A DNA stretch of 63,154 bases, the filler included, from Craspedostauros australis (Eukaryota): the NCBI GenBank assembly GCA_030167865.1. It is 5 parts of 5 records of this genome, joined end to end, with 100 filler letters (N's around TTAATTAATTAA, not from the genome) between each part and the next. Parts side by side here need not be neighbours in the genome. Positions count along the whole stretch, not along the records: positions 37,546 to 61,755 come from JALAGF010001424.1; positions 61,856 to 63,154 come from JALAGF010001431.1; 3 more parts are not named here. One strand, 5' to 3'. Shown here piece by piece: positions 61,001 to 63,154 of the stretch (its first letter is position 1; each line of letters begins with the position of its first letter). The translations under genes and the position numbers were made by a program. The notes under the pieces were generated by a model that worked only from the letters and a program-made list of their open reading frames with translations, was not told the origin of the DNA and ran no database searches.

Positions 61001-61755
61001 GCCGTCATCAGCGATGAGGTCCACGCTCAACTCGAACTCTACGTGGGAACAATCGCCTCGATGTACCGCAACAACTCCTTCCACAACTTCGAGCACGCAT
61101 CGCACGTCACTATGTCAGTCACGAAGCTTCTTTCCAGAATAGTGGCACCAGACATCGAAGAGGATGGCCAGGACCGCGCGCAATGCCTCCATGACCACAC
61201 ATACGGCATCACGTCGGACCCACTCACACAGTTCGCTGTCGTCCTCTCAGCTCTCATCCATGATGTGGATCATGTTGGGGTCCCCAACTTCCTCCTCCTT
61301 GCTGAGAATGAACGCCTTGCGAAGCGGTTCAAGAACAAGAGCGTGGCAGAACAAAACTCCATCGAATTGGCATGGGACATACTCATGCAACCGAAGTTTG
61401 ACAGTCTGAGGAACTGCATCTACACGGACGCGCACGAGCTCAAGAGATTCCGGCAACTCATGGTCAACTCCGTTCTGGCCACGGACATCTTTGACGCCGA
61501 GCTCAGCACGCTGCGAAAGAATCGGTGGGAGAGAGCCTTTAGCAGCAACAGCAGTACAGACTCCAGCAAAACCGTCGACACAAACAGGAAGGCCACGATC
61601 GTCATTGAGCATCTCATCCAGGCCTCGGATGTAGCCCATACTATGCAGCATTGGCACGTCTACCAGAAATGGAACGAGCGGCTGTTCCACGAGATGATGC
61701 ATGCGCATATCTCCGGACGATCCCAGAAAAATCCGTCCCAAAGCTGGTACGAAGG
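58063..61755 (+). CDS. Receptor-type adenylate/guanylate cyclase - phosphodiesterase fusion; exons 58063-58422 and 58652->61755; 3'-truncated by the gap
   Basis: TM, extracellular domain, TM, then class III cyclase (LFSDIVKFT, KVETIGDCY, RFQLFGDTVNTAARVE) and PDE (FHNFEHA, IHDVDH, QASDV). Phase-0 intron 58423-58651 (GTAAGC…CTGAC…TTTAG). Confidence 0.93.
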
Positions 61756-61855
61756 NNNNNNNNNNNNNNNNNNNNNNNNNNNNNNNNNNNNNNNNNNNNT
61801 TAATTAATTAANNNNNNNNNNNNNNNNNNNNNNNNNNNNNNNNNNNNNNNNNNNN
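61756..61855. other. Artificial contig-joining spacer
   Basis: N block with TTAATTAATTAA. Confidence 0.97.
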
Positions 61856-63052
61856 TTTACCACGTCCGCCCCTGCCACCCCGGCCTTGGCCTCCACCACC
61901 ACCTGAGCGGCCTCGGTTCTTCCTGTTATTGCCTTGCATTCCTGCAATACGTCGACTTGTTGTTGTGTCAGTGCGCTGATCGAGAGACTCTGCGAGATAG
62001 TTCACCGTTCGATGAAAGCTTGTCTTGTACGTTTTCGTTGCTCGTACGACTTCGCATGCTGGGAACAGACGTTGGTCTCTGATTCCTCGCATAAGGCGTC
62101 TGACTTTTGCTTCTTCCATCTGCGGTTCACCTCCTTGCGCAAGATCTTCAAAGGCTGCATTCAATCGCTGCGCGTACATCTCGAACGTGAAGTTTCGTGC
62201 TCTTCCGTCGAAGTATGTCTCAGCAATCGTTTTGTCAGCCGATGCTTTCGTGCGTGCTTGAAAAGAGTCTCCACGATAGTGTTGCTCGAGCGCTTGATGA
62301 GCTGCTCGTCCGTCTTTCGATCTCTCGAATCCCTGTACCCAATTCCATGCAGGACCACCGTGTGTTGCAGCTCGAACGACTTGCCAAACTGCTGCTCTGT
62401 CTGCTTTGTAAGTAGAACCGGAATGGGGTGCACGGTCAATCAGCTCGTCCAACATGGTTGGTTCTCCGAATGATGTTGTGACAGCAGGAATTCTGTCCTC
62501 TGGCTTCTCTGATTCTGGTCGAACAACGTATGCGAGTGGAATGTCTTGACTCCCAAGTGTGTTGTCCAAGTAATTGCGGATATCTTCCAGCGTCTCTCTG
62601 ACTGAGTCCACCTTGGTGAGTAGCTCGGGTGTTGGAAGTGGATCGCTGTCTTTGATTCGTTTCTCGTCTTTGAACAAGCTCCAAACTGTGTTGAGTCGGG
62701 ATAATGTAGCGCCTGATGATGTGAATGTTCGTTGAATGCGGCTGTAGTGAAAGCGAATGTAGCGAAGCTTTCGCAATCTCATCTCATATACCCATCCAAG
62801 AGGCACTCCTGGGTTGCGTATCATTACTGGTGTCCCAGCAACTGGCTTTGAGGGTACGTATGCTGGATTTGCGATGTAACCACTGCCTTTTCGAATGCGT
62901 TCGCACAACGCCTGTATATCGTCGTCGTCGAATGAAAGCAGGTCGTCAAATGAAGATATTCCCTGCTCCTTGATCGCTTCACCAATTGTATCATCCGGAA
63001 ACAACAGTACGTTGCGAAAGTAATTCTGGATTTCAGCTGCTGCTCCTGCCAT
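61856..63052 (-). CDS. Gag-like ORF of a second LTR retrotransposon lineage; 3'-truncated by the gap
   Basis: IPLAYVVR, GPAWNWV…DGRAAHQAL..HY.G, Y.G..RNFTFE.Y, KV..L..GI, then an RGG-rich nucleocapsid-like tail. Confidence 0.75.
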
Positions 63053-63154
63053 CGTGGATGTCTTTGGATATTGCGATATCGTCTTGTTTGATGCTGTTGG
63101 TGTCTGTGTTTGTGTTTAATCGTGTTTCAATCGTGCGAGATTTGGAAATTGTGA

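Overview
Eukaryotic genomic DNA, very probably from a diatom. Evidence: ASAFAP-type plastid presequences, short GT-AG introns, a TM-cyclase-phosphodiesterase fusion and diatom-like copia elements. The window is five contigs joined by artificial N-TTAATTAATTAA-N spacers. Contig 1 (1-22390) is gene-dense: ferric reductase/NOX-like, MYND finger, GT92-like, TLC/NTT-like transporter, a small plastid protein, an unknown protein, Tic22-like, and a 2OG-Fe(II) oxygenase-methyltransferase fusion. Contig 2 is a nested TE cluster (LINE remnant > solo LTR > second solo LTR and MITE) plus a sulfotransferase-like gene. Contig 3 is an apparently intact Ty1/copia element. Contig 4 carries three abutting PIF/Harbinger-family elements separated by ATT triplets, a cytochrome P450, a putatively plastid-targeted GmrSD-like (DUF262+DUF1524) protein with eroded nuclease motifs, a three-exon neuroglobin-like globin with an intron at B12.2, and a receptor cyclase-PDE. 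Contig 5 is a retrotransposon gag fragment. All family calls come from motif recognition by eye; no database searches were run.
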